Shown here one piece after another: positions 45,232 to 54,005 of a stretch of DNA of 64,000 nucleotides (within the stretch, counting starts at the first letter, position 1; each line of letters starts with the position of its first letter). A model generated the notes under the pieces. The model saw only the letters and a program-made list of their open reading frames with translations. It was not told where the DNA came from and searched no databases. The stretch spans positions 403 to 64,402 of the forward strand of contig CALXVV010000012.1 of the NCBI GenBank assembly GCA_944392205.1, given 5' to 3'. Made by a program: the position numbers and the translations under genes. This DNA is from an uncultured Alphaproteobacteria bacterium. GTDB taxonomy: Bacteria > Pseudomonadota > Alphaproteobacteria > RF32 > CAG-239.

Positions 45232-46827
45232 TTATTTTAGAGAATCTATGATTTTTATGGCGGTTTTTAGCCCATCTGCCGCGGCTGAGACTATTCCGCC
45301 GGCGTAGCCAGCTCCCTCCCCGCAGGGGTAGAGCCCCAGAATCGGACTTTGGTGATTGTCATCTCGCATAAACCTAACGGGAGATGAGCTCCTGGTCTCA
45401 ACTCCGGTCATGACTGCACCTTTGTGAGCAAAGCCTTTGAGTTTTTTATCCATCTCGGGAATTGCCAGTTTGAGAGTATCTATCACAAAATCAGGCAAAA
45501 TACCGCTGATGCTCCGCAGCACAACCCCGCAGGAATAGCTCGGCTCCACATCTTGCAGAGCCTTGGACGGGCGGTGTGCCAAAAAGTCTCCCACCAATTG
45601 CGCCGGGGCCGCATAGGTGCCGCCGCCCTCAATAAAAGCCCGCCGCTCTATTGTGCGTTGCCAATACATGCCCCGAAGCGGGTGTTTGCCCTCAAAATCA
45701 TCAGGCGTGACGCCTACCAGCAAAGCTGAATTGGCGTTTTTCTTATCTCTGGCATAGTAGCTCATGCCATTGGTGACCAAATGCCCTGCCTCTGAGGCGG
45801 CCGCCACCACCTCGCCGCCCGGACACATGCAAAAACTATAAGCCGAACGCCCATTTGGCAAATGAACCGCCAATTTATAGTCTGCGGCGCCTAACCTATC
45901 ATCTCCGGCATGAGAATGATATATCGCCTTGTCTATCAAACTTTGCGGATGCTCTATCCTCACCCCGACCGAAAAGGCTTTGGCCTCCAACGGAATCTTG
46001 TGCAAATACAACATCTCAAACGTATCTCTGGCACTGTGGCCTATTGCCAAAACCAATATCTTGACCGGCTCCTCATAGGTATCACCGTTTTCATCCCTAA
46101 TCCTTACTGCCGTCACCTTCCCGTCTTTGCTGATGATGACATCTTCCAGCCTATTGTTAAATCTATATTCTCCGCCCAAAGCCTCTATCTTTTCTCTCAT
46201 GTTGCGGACAATATGCGCCAGCTTATCCGTGCCTAAATGCGGTTTGGCCAAATACAAAATATCTTCCGGCGCTCCGGCAGAAACAAATTCTTTGAAAACC
46301 TCTGCGGTGTAGATATCTTTCTTGATCCCGGTCATTAACTTGCCGTCTGAAAAAGTGCCGGCTCCGCCCTCGCCAAACTGGACATTGCTCTCGGGGTTTA
46401 ATTTTCTGTTCTCCCAAAATATGTTAACATCTTTTTGGCGTTTGGAAATTTCTGAGCCACGCTCAAGAACTATCGGCTTTAGCCCCGCTTTGGCCAAGGC
46501 AAGCGCCGCAAACATTCCGGCCGGACCACTGCCGACAACTATCGGCGGTAAATCTTGCGCACGTTTTTTCTTTATCTTTAACGGTTCTTCGGGAATAATT
46601 TTTTCCGCGCACAGCCTTTTCTCGCTCAAAAATCTTTCTTCCTCAGCCGATTCAATATCTACCGTATATACAAAATAAACCTTATCTCGGCTGCGGGCAT
46701 CTGTTGCGCGTTTGACAATCTTGAAACTTTTGAAAGGCTTGTGCGCCTGCAGCTCTTGAGCCACAAGCTCCGGCAAGGTATCTACCTCCACTTCTATATC
46801 AAACTTTAGATTGCTTATGCGCAACAT
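45232..46827 (-). CDS. FAD-dependent oxidoreductase (COG2509-type uncharacterised dehydrogenase)
   Basis: Dinucleotide-binding motif VVGSGPAGMFAALALAKAG at about residue 100, after an N-terminal small domain. The C-terminal region has GLYPCGEGAGYAGGI. Confidence 0.8.
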   Translation of the reverse strand: MLRISNLKFDIEVEVDTLPELVAQELQAHKPFKSFKIVKRATDARSRDKVYFVYTVDIESAEEERFLSEKRLCAEKIIPEEPLKIKKKRAQDLPPIVVGSGPAGMFAALALAKAGLKPIVLERGSEISKRQKDVNIFWENRKLNPESNVQFGEGGAGTFSDGKLMTGIKKDIYTAEVFKEFVSAGAPEDILYLAKPHLGTDKLAHIVRNMREKIEALGGEYRFNNRLEDVIISKDGKVTAVRIRDENGDTYEEPVKILVLAIGHSARDTFEMLYLHKIPLEAKAFSVGVRIEHPQSLIDKAIYHSHAGDDRLGAADYKLAVHLPNGRSAYSFCMCPGGEVVAAASEAGHLVTNGMSYYARDKKNANSALLVGVTPDDFEGKHPLRGMYWQRTIERRAFIEGGGTYAAPAQLVGDFLAHRPSKALQDVEPSYSCGVVLRSISGILPDFVIDTLKLAIPEMDKKLKGFAHKGAVMTGVETRSSSPVRFMRDDNHQSPILGLYPCGEGAGYAGGIVSAAADGLKTAIKIIDSLK

Positions 46828-46910
46828 CCTCTTTTCTCCTTATTTTTCCTTCTTATAACAAAAAAGGCGATGATTGTCATCGCCTTTTTCAACTCTTTTA
46901 GGAAAAATTC

Positions 46911-47960
46911 CTAGATTTCTCCCGCTGCATAGCGTTTTGCCATATCCGACATCAACATCGGCTTAATTTTATCGGCGTGGCCGGCTGCACCAAATGCAAT
47001 GTAGCGAGCTTCGCAAACTTTTTGCATTTCCTCAATGGCCGGTTTTAAGTATTTGCGGGGATCAAACTCTTTCGGATTCTCGGCAAAGAGTCTGCGAATC
47101 GCACCGGTAATGGCCATGCGGCAGTCGGTATCAACGTTTACTTTGCGAACACCGGATTTGATACCGCGAACAATTTCTTCTACCGGAACACCATAGGTTT
47201 GCGGAATGGCTCCGCCATAAGCGTTAATCAGATCTTGCAGCTCTTGCGGAACAGAAGATGAACCATGCATAACCATGTGAGTGTTGGGAAGTTTTTTGTG
47301 AATCTTCTCAATAACATCAATGGCCAAAATCTCACCATCGGGCTTGCGGGTGAATTTGTATGCACCGTGAGAGGTTCCAACCGCAACAGCCAAAGCATCC
47401 AAATGAGTCTCGGCTACAAAACGGGCGGCCTCATCAGGGTCGGTGACCAGGCGTTTCTTATCAATAACACCTTCAGCGCCGTGGCCGTCTTCTTTATCGC
47501 CTTTGCCGGTTTCAAGAGAACCAATAACGCCAAGCTCGCCTTCTACAGAGGCTCCAACGGCATGCGCACGGGCAACAACCTCTTTGGTGACGCGAACATT
47601 GTATTCAAAAGAAGACGGGGTTTTGCCGTCTGCTTCCAGAGAGCCATCCATCATTACGGAAGAATAGCCGTTTACAATGGCAGATTGACAAATGTCTACT
47701 GAAGAACCATGGTCTTGATGCAAGCAAATCGGCAGCTCGGGGAACATCTCTATTCCGGCGGCAACCATGTGACGAATCATCGGGTCGCCGGCAAATTTGC
47801 GGGCGCCGGTTGAGGTTTGCAAAATAACCGGGGCATTAACCTTTCTTGCAGCTTGCAAAACAGCAATAATCTGCTCCATATCATTAACATTAAAAGCCGG
47901 AACGCCGTAGTTGTTCTCAGCTGCATGGTCAAGAATCTGACGCATTGTGACTAAAGGCAT
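46911..47960 (-). CDS. fba: Fructose-bisphosphate aldolase, class II
   Basis: GVPAFNVN, LHQDHG, EGELG and MHGSS motifs. I place the start at the ATG at 47960 (MPLVTM), which has GAAGGAG 7 nt upstream, rather than the GTG at 47993. Confidence 0.92.
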   Translation of the reverse strand: MPLVTMRQILDHAAENNYGVPAFNVNDMEQIIAVLQAARKVNAPVILQTSTGARKFAGDPMIRHMVAAGIEMFPELPICLHQDHGSSVDICQSAIVNGYSSVMMDGSLEADGKTPSSFEYNVRVTKEVVARAHAVGASVEGELGVIGSLETGKGDKEDGHGAEGVIDKKRLVTDPDEAARFVAETHLDALAVAVGTSHGAYKFTRKPDGEILAIDVIEKIHKKLPNTHMVMHGSSSVPQELQDLINAYGGAIPQTYGVPVEEIVRGIKSGVRKVNVDTDCRMAITGAIRRLFAENPKEFDPRKYLKPAIEEMQKVCEARYIAFGAAGHADKIKPMLMSDMAKRYAAGEI

Positions 47961-48026
47961 TATTTTCTCCTTCAAATATTTTAACTTACTCACCGCAAAT
48001 ATATTACGGTGAGCTTTTTTTGCAAG

Positions 48027-48296
48027 CTATTTTTGATGATTGTGATACTTTATGACCATCAACAATATCGGAAAGGAAAAACACAAACACAGACTGTTGA
48101 ACACCACCATCTGCACAGAACCCAGATATCCGCCGTATATCACCCAGCAAAGAACACCCAAGTTATAAATAATGTAGGTGCCTAAAGAAAAACCTCTGAC
48201 ATCTTTGGTGCGAAAAGTCTTGATTGCCTGCGGCATAAAAGAAATTGCCATGCAGACACCGGCAAAATAGCCGATAAATTCAAATAGGTAATTCAT
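48027..48296 (-). CDS. SemiSWEET/PQ-loop small sugar transporter-like protein
   Basis: 89 aa with three helices and the PQ motif (SFMPQAIKTFRTKD). Confidence 0.7.
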   Translation of the reverse strand: MNYLFEFIGYFAGVCMAISFMPQAIKTFRTKDVRGFSLGTYIIYNLGVLCWVIYGGYLGSVQMVVFNSLCLCFSFPILLMVIKYHNHQK

Positions 48297-48449
48297 AATT
48301 TTTTCCTTTCTTGTTTGCCAAACGTCTCAATGTAGCAAAAAAACTCTAAAATTTGGTAAAAACGTAAATTTAGCTTCAAAAGAGGTCTTGACTTTAAATA
48401 CAATATTCGTATATATTTGGATATGTTTAACGTACATTTGGAGGAATTT

Positions 48450-49448
48450 ATGGATAAAGATTTGAGCTTTGCAGAAGATTTGGAACTGAAATTAGACGGC
48501 AAACGCCCGATTAGGCGTGAAAACCCTAAAAAAGGACAAAGTCGGTGGTATTATGTTGACCCTCGTGAAAGAGATGAGGATTTTACACTCTTATCGCAGA
48601 TGAAAACCATAGATGTACCAAGCCCCAACACGCCTAATCCGGCTCTGCAACAGGTGATGTTTGAAGATGCTGAAAACAATCCTGATAAATATTATATTTG
48701 GCGCACCGTTGGCGATGACAAAGTCAGAGATTCTCATGCCGAGCGTGAAGGCTGTATTTTTAGTTGGGATGATGCTCCGGAAGGCGGGCATCCGGGAGAA
48801 GACTACAACTGCCGCTGTATTGCCGAACCCTACGTTCCCAGAAAAGACTCTTCTGAATCCGATGAACAATGGCGGCAACGCTTGCTTACAACGATGAAAG
48901 AATACTTACTTGAAGAAGAAGACTTGAAAAATCATATTTATTTAGACACCAAGGGATTTAAGACTGTTGGAGCCGGAAAAAATATTGATAAATGGGGAGA
49001 TTTTAAGAAAATTAATTGGGAGGTTGACGGCAGACCGGCAACAGAAGAAGAAAAATTGGCAGGATTTGAGCGTTATGAGGAATTAAAACAACAAAAATTC
49101 TTCGGACCAAATGTTACCTCTGATTTTTTTGAAGACAAAAGCAATCTCCGTATCAGCGAAAAAGAGGCAGAGCACCTTTTGGAGCAACATATTAAAAATG
49201 ATTTGAATAAATTGGAAACATATGTTTCCGGATTTAGAGACTTTCCGTTTGGGCTACAACAAGTTTTGCTTGATATTCGCTACAATACAGGGAATGCCGA
49301 CAGAAGAAATTGGCCAAATTTATATGAGGCTATTGATAAACGAGATATCCGCGGTATGGCCAACAATGTTAATCGAAAAGATGTTGGAGAGAGCAGAAAT
49401 CAATGGGCAAAAGAGACTATTCTTTCAATTAGAAATTGGGGATATTAA
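48450..49448 (+). CDS. Fusion protein: phage Mu-F/SPP1-gp7-like core motif plus a T4-type (GH24-like) lysozyme domain
   Basis: A strong GGAGG RBS lies before the ATG at 48450. The MuF core is WRTVGDDKVRDSHAEREGCIF...DYNCRCI. The lysozyme N-lobe EEEDLKNHIYLDTKGFKTVGAG has Glu, Asp and Thr spaced exactly as E11/D20/T26 of T4 lysozyme ([20 protein letters not shown]). The later LLDIRYNTG and NQWAKE resemble the T4L C-lobe. Confidence 0.8.
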   Translation: MDKDLSFAEDLELKLDGKRPIRRENPKKGQSRWYYVDPRERDEDFTLLSQMKTIDVPSPNTPNPALQQVMFEDAENNPDKYYIWRTVGDDKVRDSHAEREGCIFSWDDAPEGGHPGEDYNCRCIAEPYVPRKDSSESDEQWRQRLLTTMKEYLLEEEDLKNHIYLDTKGFKTVGAGKNIDKWGDFKKINWEVDGRPATEEEKLAGFERYEELKQQKFFGPNVTSDFFEDKSNLRISEKEAEHLLEQHIKNDLNKLETYVSGFRDFPFGLQQVLLDIRYNTGNADRRNWPNLYEAIDKRDIRGMANNVNRKDVGESRNQWAKETILSIRNWGY

Positions 49449-49840
49449 TCCTTTGGGATGAAAAACCAGGAAATTCCGTTAATTTGCCCGTTGGTGTTGG
49501 CAGTATATTCTTTAACCCTCCATTTTGCATAGCTGCAGCGGTCTTTGCAGGGAAATATTTGATAGGTATAAATATACGTTACGTCTCTGTTGCTCAGTGG
49601 ATTGAAAAACGTGCACTTGAGCGAGACTTTTTCCAAGGCGTTTTCTAACAGCTCACATTCCTCTATTTGCTCATATCCATCATTGGAAATACGGACCCGG
49701 GTCGGAGAAAGTTGAGTTGTCCATGCCATTCGTGAAATTGGTTTCAACGTCTCGTTAAATAACGGATTTACAAATTCTTCCGATGAAAATATCCGGCAAG
49801 ATGATACAAACACTACTAAAAACAACAATAACTTTCTCAT
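49445..49840 (-). CDS. Small exported (lipobox-like) protein, paralog 1 of 3
   Basis: MRKLLLFLVVFVSSC signal/lipobox, AAGGAGG RBS, 131 aa. Near-identical to 49909..50304. Confidence 0.75.
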   Translation of the reverse strand: MRKLLLFLVVFVSSCRIFSSEEFVNPLFNETLKPISRMAWTTQLSPTRVRISNDGYEQIEECELLENALEKVSLKCTFFNPLSNRDVTYIYTYQIFPCKDRCSYAKWRVKEYTANTNGQINGISWFFIPKD

Positions 49841-49861
49841 GTGAAACAGACCTCCTTATTA

Positions 49862-49884
49862 GATAGACATCAGGATTTTTTCAT
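49862..49884 (-). pseudogene. 23-nt remnant of the 5' end of a second copy of the 157-aa gene (duplication/deletion scar)
   Basis: 49862-49908 (GATAGACATCAGGATTTTTTCATTATGACATTATCCTTTCTGACAAACTAATC) matches 50816-50863. The latter is the start of gene 50366..50839 plus the spacer to paralog 3. Confidence 0.7.
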
Positions 49885-49908
49885 TATGACATTATCCTTT
49901 CTGACAAA

Positions 49909-50304
49909 CTAATCCTTTGGGATGAAGAACCATGCAATTCCGTTAATTTGCCCGTTGGTGTTGGCAGTATATTCTTTAACTGTCCATTTTGCATAGCTGC
50001 AGCGGTCTTTGCAAGGGAATATTTGATAGGTATAAATATACGTTACGTCTCTGTTACTCAGCGGATTGAAAAATGTGCACTTGAGGGAGACTTTTTCCCA
50101 GGCGTTTTCTAACAGCTCACACTTTTTTATTACCTCATATCCGGCGTTGGAAATACGAACCCGGGTCGGAGAAAGTTGGGTTGTCCATGCCATTCGTGAA
50201 ATTGGTTTCAACGTCTCGTTAAATAACGGATTTACAAATTCTTCCGATGAAAATATCCGGCAAGATGATACAAACACTACTAAAAACAACAATAACCTTC
50301 TCAT
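49909..50304 (-). CDS. Small exported (lipobox-like) protein, paralog 2 of 3
   Basis: 131 aa, with 8 amino-acid differences from paralog 1 and the same RBS and leader. Confidence 0.75.
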   Translation of the reverse strand: MRRLLLFLVVFVSSCRIFSSEEFVNPLFNETLKPISRMAWTTQLSPTRVRISNAGYEVIKKCELLENAWEKVSLKCTFFNPLSNRDVTYIYTYQIFPCKDRCSYAKWTVKEYTANTNGQINGIAWFFIPKD

Positions 50305-50365
50305 GTGAAACAGACCTCCTTATTAGATAGTTTGATTTTAATAATAGGCTTTAAAATTTGGCCGT

Positions 50366-50839
50366 TTAATTTGCAGTTAGTATCTTTTTCGTATAAATTA
50401 ACATTCTCAAAACAGCGTCTCGTACAAGGTTTTCGACTTCTGTCGAACTCAGTCTATCCGCAACTGAACCACAGAATAAATGCTCATTCTCACTATAACA
50501 AGCATTGCTATAATTGTACATTGAGGCATTCCATTCATAAGCCGCAGAAATAAACTTCGAAAAAGCTTTTTTCATTTCTGTTTCTTTTTCCGCATAAAAT
50601 AACTCAAATGTTTCGTTGGCAACTTTTTGATAGCATTTGACTAATTCATTATTAAGCTTTTGTATTTTTCTGTTGTCTTCTTTTTGCTCTGCCACAGCCA
50701 AATTCTGCTTTTGTGCCAGCAAACAGTTATCAACCGCCTTGCCCAACCTCTCAATATCTGAAAGTGATTTATTGGTATCAGCAAGAGAGGCTGACGTTGC
50801 AAAAAGTAAAAATAAGATAGACATCAGGATTTTTTTCAT
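50366..50839 (-). CDS. Secreted helical four-Cys protein (157 aa), unknown function
   Basis: Signal peptide MKKILMSILFLLFATSASLA. It is embedded in the paralog array. There is only a very weak pattern resemblance to DUF1311/LprI-type proteins. Confidence 0.7.
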   Translation of the reverse strand: MKKILMSILFLLFATSASLADTNKSLSDIERLGKAVDNCLLAQKQNLAVAEQKEDNRKIQKLNNELVKCYQKVANETFELFYAEKETEMKKAFSKFISAAYEWNASMYNYSNACYSENEHLFCGSVADRLSSTEVENLVRDAVLRMLIYTKKILTAN

Positions 50840-50863
50840 TATGACATTATCCTTTCTGACAAA

Positions 50864-51265
50864 CTAATCTTCTGAAATAGAGAACCAAGTAATTCCGTTA
50901 ACTTGCCCATCGGTGTTTGCCATATATTCTTTGACTTTCCATTGCGCATAGTTGCAGAAATAACCTTTGCAAGGGAATATTTGATAGGTATAAATATACG
51001 TTACGTCTCTGTTGCTCAGCGGATTGAAAAATGTGCACTTTAGAGAGACTTTTTCCCAGGCGTTTTCTAACAGCTCACACTTTTTTATTACCTCATATCC
51101 GGCGTTGGAAATACGAACCCGGGTCGGAGAAAGTTGGGTCGTCCAGCCAGTTCGTGAAGTTGGTTTCAACGTCTCGTTAAATAACGGATTTACAAATTCT
51201 TCCGATGAAAATATCCGGCAAGATGATACAAACACTACTACTAAAAACATCAATAACCTTCTCAT
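50864..51265 (-). CDS. Small exported (lipobox-like) protein, paralog 3 of 3 (more divergent C-terminus)
   Basis: 133 aa. The N-terminal two thirds are almost identical to paralog 2, and the C-terminal third diverges (CKGYFCNYAQWKVKEYMANTDGQVNGITWFSISED). Confidence 0.75.
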   Translation of the reverse strand: MRRLLMFLVVVFVSSCRIFSSEEFVNPLFNETLKPTSRTGWTTQLSPTRVRISNAGYEVIKKCELLENAWEKVSLKCTFFNPLSNRDVTYIYTYQIFPCKGYFCNYAQWKVKEYMANTDGQVNGITWFSISED

Positions 51266-51325
51266 GCGAAACAGACCTTTTCTGCTATTATGTATTTAAT
51301 GTTTGCTCATCTTGCACTTTTGAGC

Positions 51326-53302
51326 TTACTTAAGGCTGTTTTTGACGGCGTCTACAACCTCTTCTACCGTGATGCCAAAGTACTTGTAGAGCTCCCCGGC
51401 CGGACCCGAGGCGCCAAAACCGTCCATGCCGATGATATCACCTTTCTCCCCGACATACCTTTCCCAGCCAAATTTGGAGGCTGCCTCAACCGCCACACGC
51501 GGCGCATGCCCCAAAACCTCTTCTCGATAAGGCTCCGGCTGAGCATCAAACAACTCACAACACGGCATTGAAACCACCGTAACCTCAAGCCCTTCTTCTG
51601 CCAATTTGGCTCTGGCCTCCATAGCCAGAGAAACTTCTGAGCCGGTGGCAATAATGGTAGCTTGCCGTTTTTTGGCATCACCGGCCAAAATATAGCCGCC
51701 CTTGGCCGTGAGGTTTTCTTGTGCGGATTTTCTCAGCAAGGGTAGATTTTGCCTTGTCAGCGCCAAAATGCTCGGCTTGTTCTCAGTGCTGATGGCCAGC
51801 TGCCATGCCTCCGCCGTTTCCACAACATCGCACGGACGAAATGTCAGAATCCCGGGCATACAACGATACGAGGCCAAATGCTCTATCGGTTGATGAGTGG
51901 GGCCATCCTCCCCAACGCCTATCGAATCGTGGGTTAATACATATATAACCCGAACCCCCATCAGTGCCGCCAAGCGCATGGACGGGCGCATATAATCCGA
52001 AAATACAAAAAACGTACCGCCAAACGGAATTAATCCGCCATGCAAGGCCAAGCCGTTCATAATCGCTGCCATGGCATGCTCTCGGATGCCATACATGATG
52101 TTGTTGCCGTTATAGTCCGCCGCAGTTACGGTTTTTGAAACCTTGGTCAGGGTCAAATTTGAGGCAGCCAAGTCTGCCGACCCGCCAACTAACTCCGGCA
52201 GGTTTGGCATAATTGCCTCCAAACACATTTGCGATGCCTTACGCGTGGCCACTTTGGTCTGCTCGGCGATGGCTTGTTCTTTTAACTTATTCAACTCCTT
52301 ATCCCAGCCTTTGGGCAATTTGCCGGCTATGGCATCTAAAAAGTCTTTGCCTTTTATTTTGGCTCTTTTCTCCCAATCTTGATATGCCGCCAAAGAGCGT
52401 TTGCCTGCCTCTCTCCAATTTTTTAGTGTTTCAGAAGGAACCTCAAACGGTGCCGCTGTCCAGCCCAAAGCCTTGCGCATGGCGGCAAGCTCTTCTGCCC
52501 CCAAAGGTGAACCGTGGCATTTGGAGGTGCCGCATTTGCTAGGTGCGCCAAAGCCTATTTTGGTCTTGCAGGCAATCAGTGTCGGTTTTTTGGATTTTTG
52601 CGCCTTCTTTATGGCTTTTTCTATCTCTTTATAGTCGTGTCCATCAATGCTTATGGTGTTCCAGCCAACTGCCTCAAAACGTTTTATCTGATCTGTTGAA
52701 TTGGCGGCGCTTACATGGCCGTCAATGGTAATATCATTATTATCCCAAAAGACTATAAGCTTGTTCAGCCTCAAATGTCCGGCCAAAGAAATGGCCTCTT
52801 CCGAAATACCTTCCATCAAACAGCCATCACCCGCTATCACATACGTATAGTGATTGCAAACATCTTCCCCGTATTTGGCGGCCAACATGCGTTCTGCCAA
52901 GGCCATGCCAACAGATGAGGTTATGCCTTGCCCCAAGGGGCCGGTGGTCATGTCTATTCCGGCCAAGTGCCCATATTCGGGGTGGCCAGCCGTTTTGGCT
53001 CCCAATTGGCGGAAGTTCTTGATATCTTCTATGTCTATATCCTTATACCCAAGCAAATATAAAACAGAATAAAGCAGCATGGAGCCATGCCCGGCCGAAA
53101 GGACAAAGCGGTCTCTGTCAAACCAGCGCGGAGCCTCCGGATTTAGTTTTATGAACTTGGTGAACAAAACCGTGGCGACATCAGCCATGCCAAGCGGCAT
53201 TCCCGGATGCCCGGAGTTGGCTTTTTCTATTGCGTCTGCCGACAAAAAACGAATCGCATTTGCCATCAGACGTTCTTTTGCATGACCAAGTCTCAAACTC
53301 AT
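51326..53302 (-). CDS. tkt: Transketolase
   Basis: ANSGHPG, GHGSMLLY, the GDGCLMEGIS (TPP) motif and THDSIGVGEDGPTHQP. I place the start at the ATG at 53302 (MSLRLG), which has AAGGAG 7 nt upstream. The track's extension to 53428 overlaps the upstream gene. Confidence 0.95.
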   Translation of the reverse strand: MSLRLGHAKERLMANAIRFLSADAIEKANSGHPGMPLGMADVATVLFTKFIKLNPEAPRWFDRDRFVLSAGHGSMLLYSVLYLLGYKDIDIEDIKNFRQLGAKTAGHPEYGHLAGIDMTTGPLGQGITSSVGMALAERMLAAKYGEDVCNHYTYVIAGDGCLMEGISEEAISLAGHLRLNKLIVFWDNNDITIDGHVSAANSTDQIKRFEAVGWNTISIDGHDYKEIEKAIKKAQKSKKPTLIACKTKIGFGAPSKCGTSKCHGSPLGAEELAAMRKALGWTAAPFEVPSETLKNWREAGKRSLAAYQDWEKRAKIKGKDFLDAIAGKLPKGWDKELNKLKEQAIAEQTKVATRKASQMCLEAIMPNLPELVGGSADLAASNLTLTKVSKTVTAADYNGNNIMYGIREHAMAAIMNGLALHGGLIPFGGTFFVFSDYMRPSMRLAALMGVRVIYVLTHDSIGVGEDGPTHQPIEHLASYRCMPGILTFRPCDVVETAEAWQLAISTENKPSILALTRQNLPLLRKSAQENLTAKGGYILAGDAKKRQATIIATGSEVSLAMEARAKLAEEGLEVTVVSMPCCELFDAQPEPYREEVLGHAPRVAVEAASKFGWERYVGEKGDIIGMDGFGASGPAGELYKYFGITVEEVVDAVKNSLK

Positions 53303-53327
53303 ATTCTTTCTCCTTAAACTAAAACTT

Positions 53328-53984
53328 TTAACGGCGAACCGAGCAACTTCCGCACCCGGATGTCTTGGGTGCCAAGGTTGGCGCCTGAACTTGCGTTGTC
53401 GGGCCTTCTGAAAAATCGGCTTCTTCAACTTCTACGAAACCGCAAGGTGTTTCAACCATTCCGTCTTTTCTACGGCCTCTTTCTCGAGAGCGGGTGTCAA
53501 ATGTGCGCTGGTTATAATTTGCCTCTTCTGCTGAGACATTTAGCCCCAGCAAAATCTCTATATCATCCTGATCTACCGGAATCTTTACCTTTACCGGGCG
53601 ACCACTAAACGTTGTTTCCCTATCATCAACATCTATTTTGCCGCTGGCAAAATAGCTCCTCTTGCCAACAAACTCCGGCGGTCCTTGCTCAATATTGGTA
53701 TAAAAACTGAAATCCACCGCAGTATCTGCACTATCCTGCAATCTGGTCAGCCTAAACTGCGGAGTGATAACCGCATAGCGGCGAGAAGTACCATCTACCA
53801 CATAGCAATAGCCCTCGTAGCCTGTCAGCTCCACCCGGAAATTATCTCTGTAATTGACTATTTGCGTGAGGTAGGCCTCGCCCCCCGGAATTTTAACATT
53901 GGGGCAACGAAAATCTTCTGCTTGGTAACTTGCCGTGCAGGAAGCAATCATCAATAATGCTGTCAGCCATACGTATCTTTTCAT
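53328..53984 (-). CDS. Lipoprotein, unknown function
   Basis: MKRYVWLTALLMIASCTAS (lipobox ASC). 218 aa. Confidence 0.65.
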   Translation of the reverse strand: MKRYVWLTALLMIASCTASYQAEDFRCPNVKIPGGEAYLTQIVNYRDNFRVELTGYEGYCYVVDGTSRRYAVITPQFRLTRLQDSADTAVDFSFYTNIEQGPPEFVGKRSYFASGKIDVDDRETTFSGRPVKVKIPVDQDDIEILLGLNVSAEEANYNQRTFDTRSRERGRRKDGMVETPCGFVEVEEADFSEGPTTQVQAPTLAPKTSGCGSCSVRR

Positions 53985-54005
53985 CTTGTCCTCAATCTTA
54001 AAACA

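Noticed and set aside
48027-51300. I considered whether the fba-tkt insert is a prophage or GTA remnant, because of the MuF and lysozyme domains.
   Set aside because: I recognised no capsid, portal, terminase, tail or integrase genes anywhere nearby. The remaining genes are small exported proteins. I treat it as an orphan effector-like island while noting its phage ancestry.
53303-53428. The ORF track gives N-terminal extensions for tkt (to 53428), tgt (to 39303), fba (to 47993), ileS (to 14156), dtd (to 34706), batA (18290) and the MuF-lysozyme gene (48417).
   Set aside because: In each case an internal ATG coincides with the conserved family N-terminus and has a good Shine-Dalgarno sequence. 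The extensions overlap neighbouring genes or repeats, or start at non-ATG codons.
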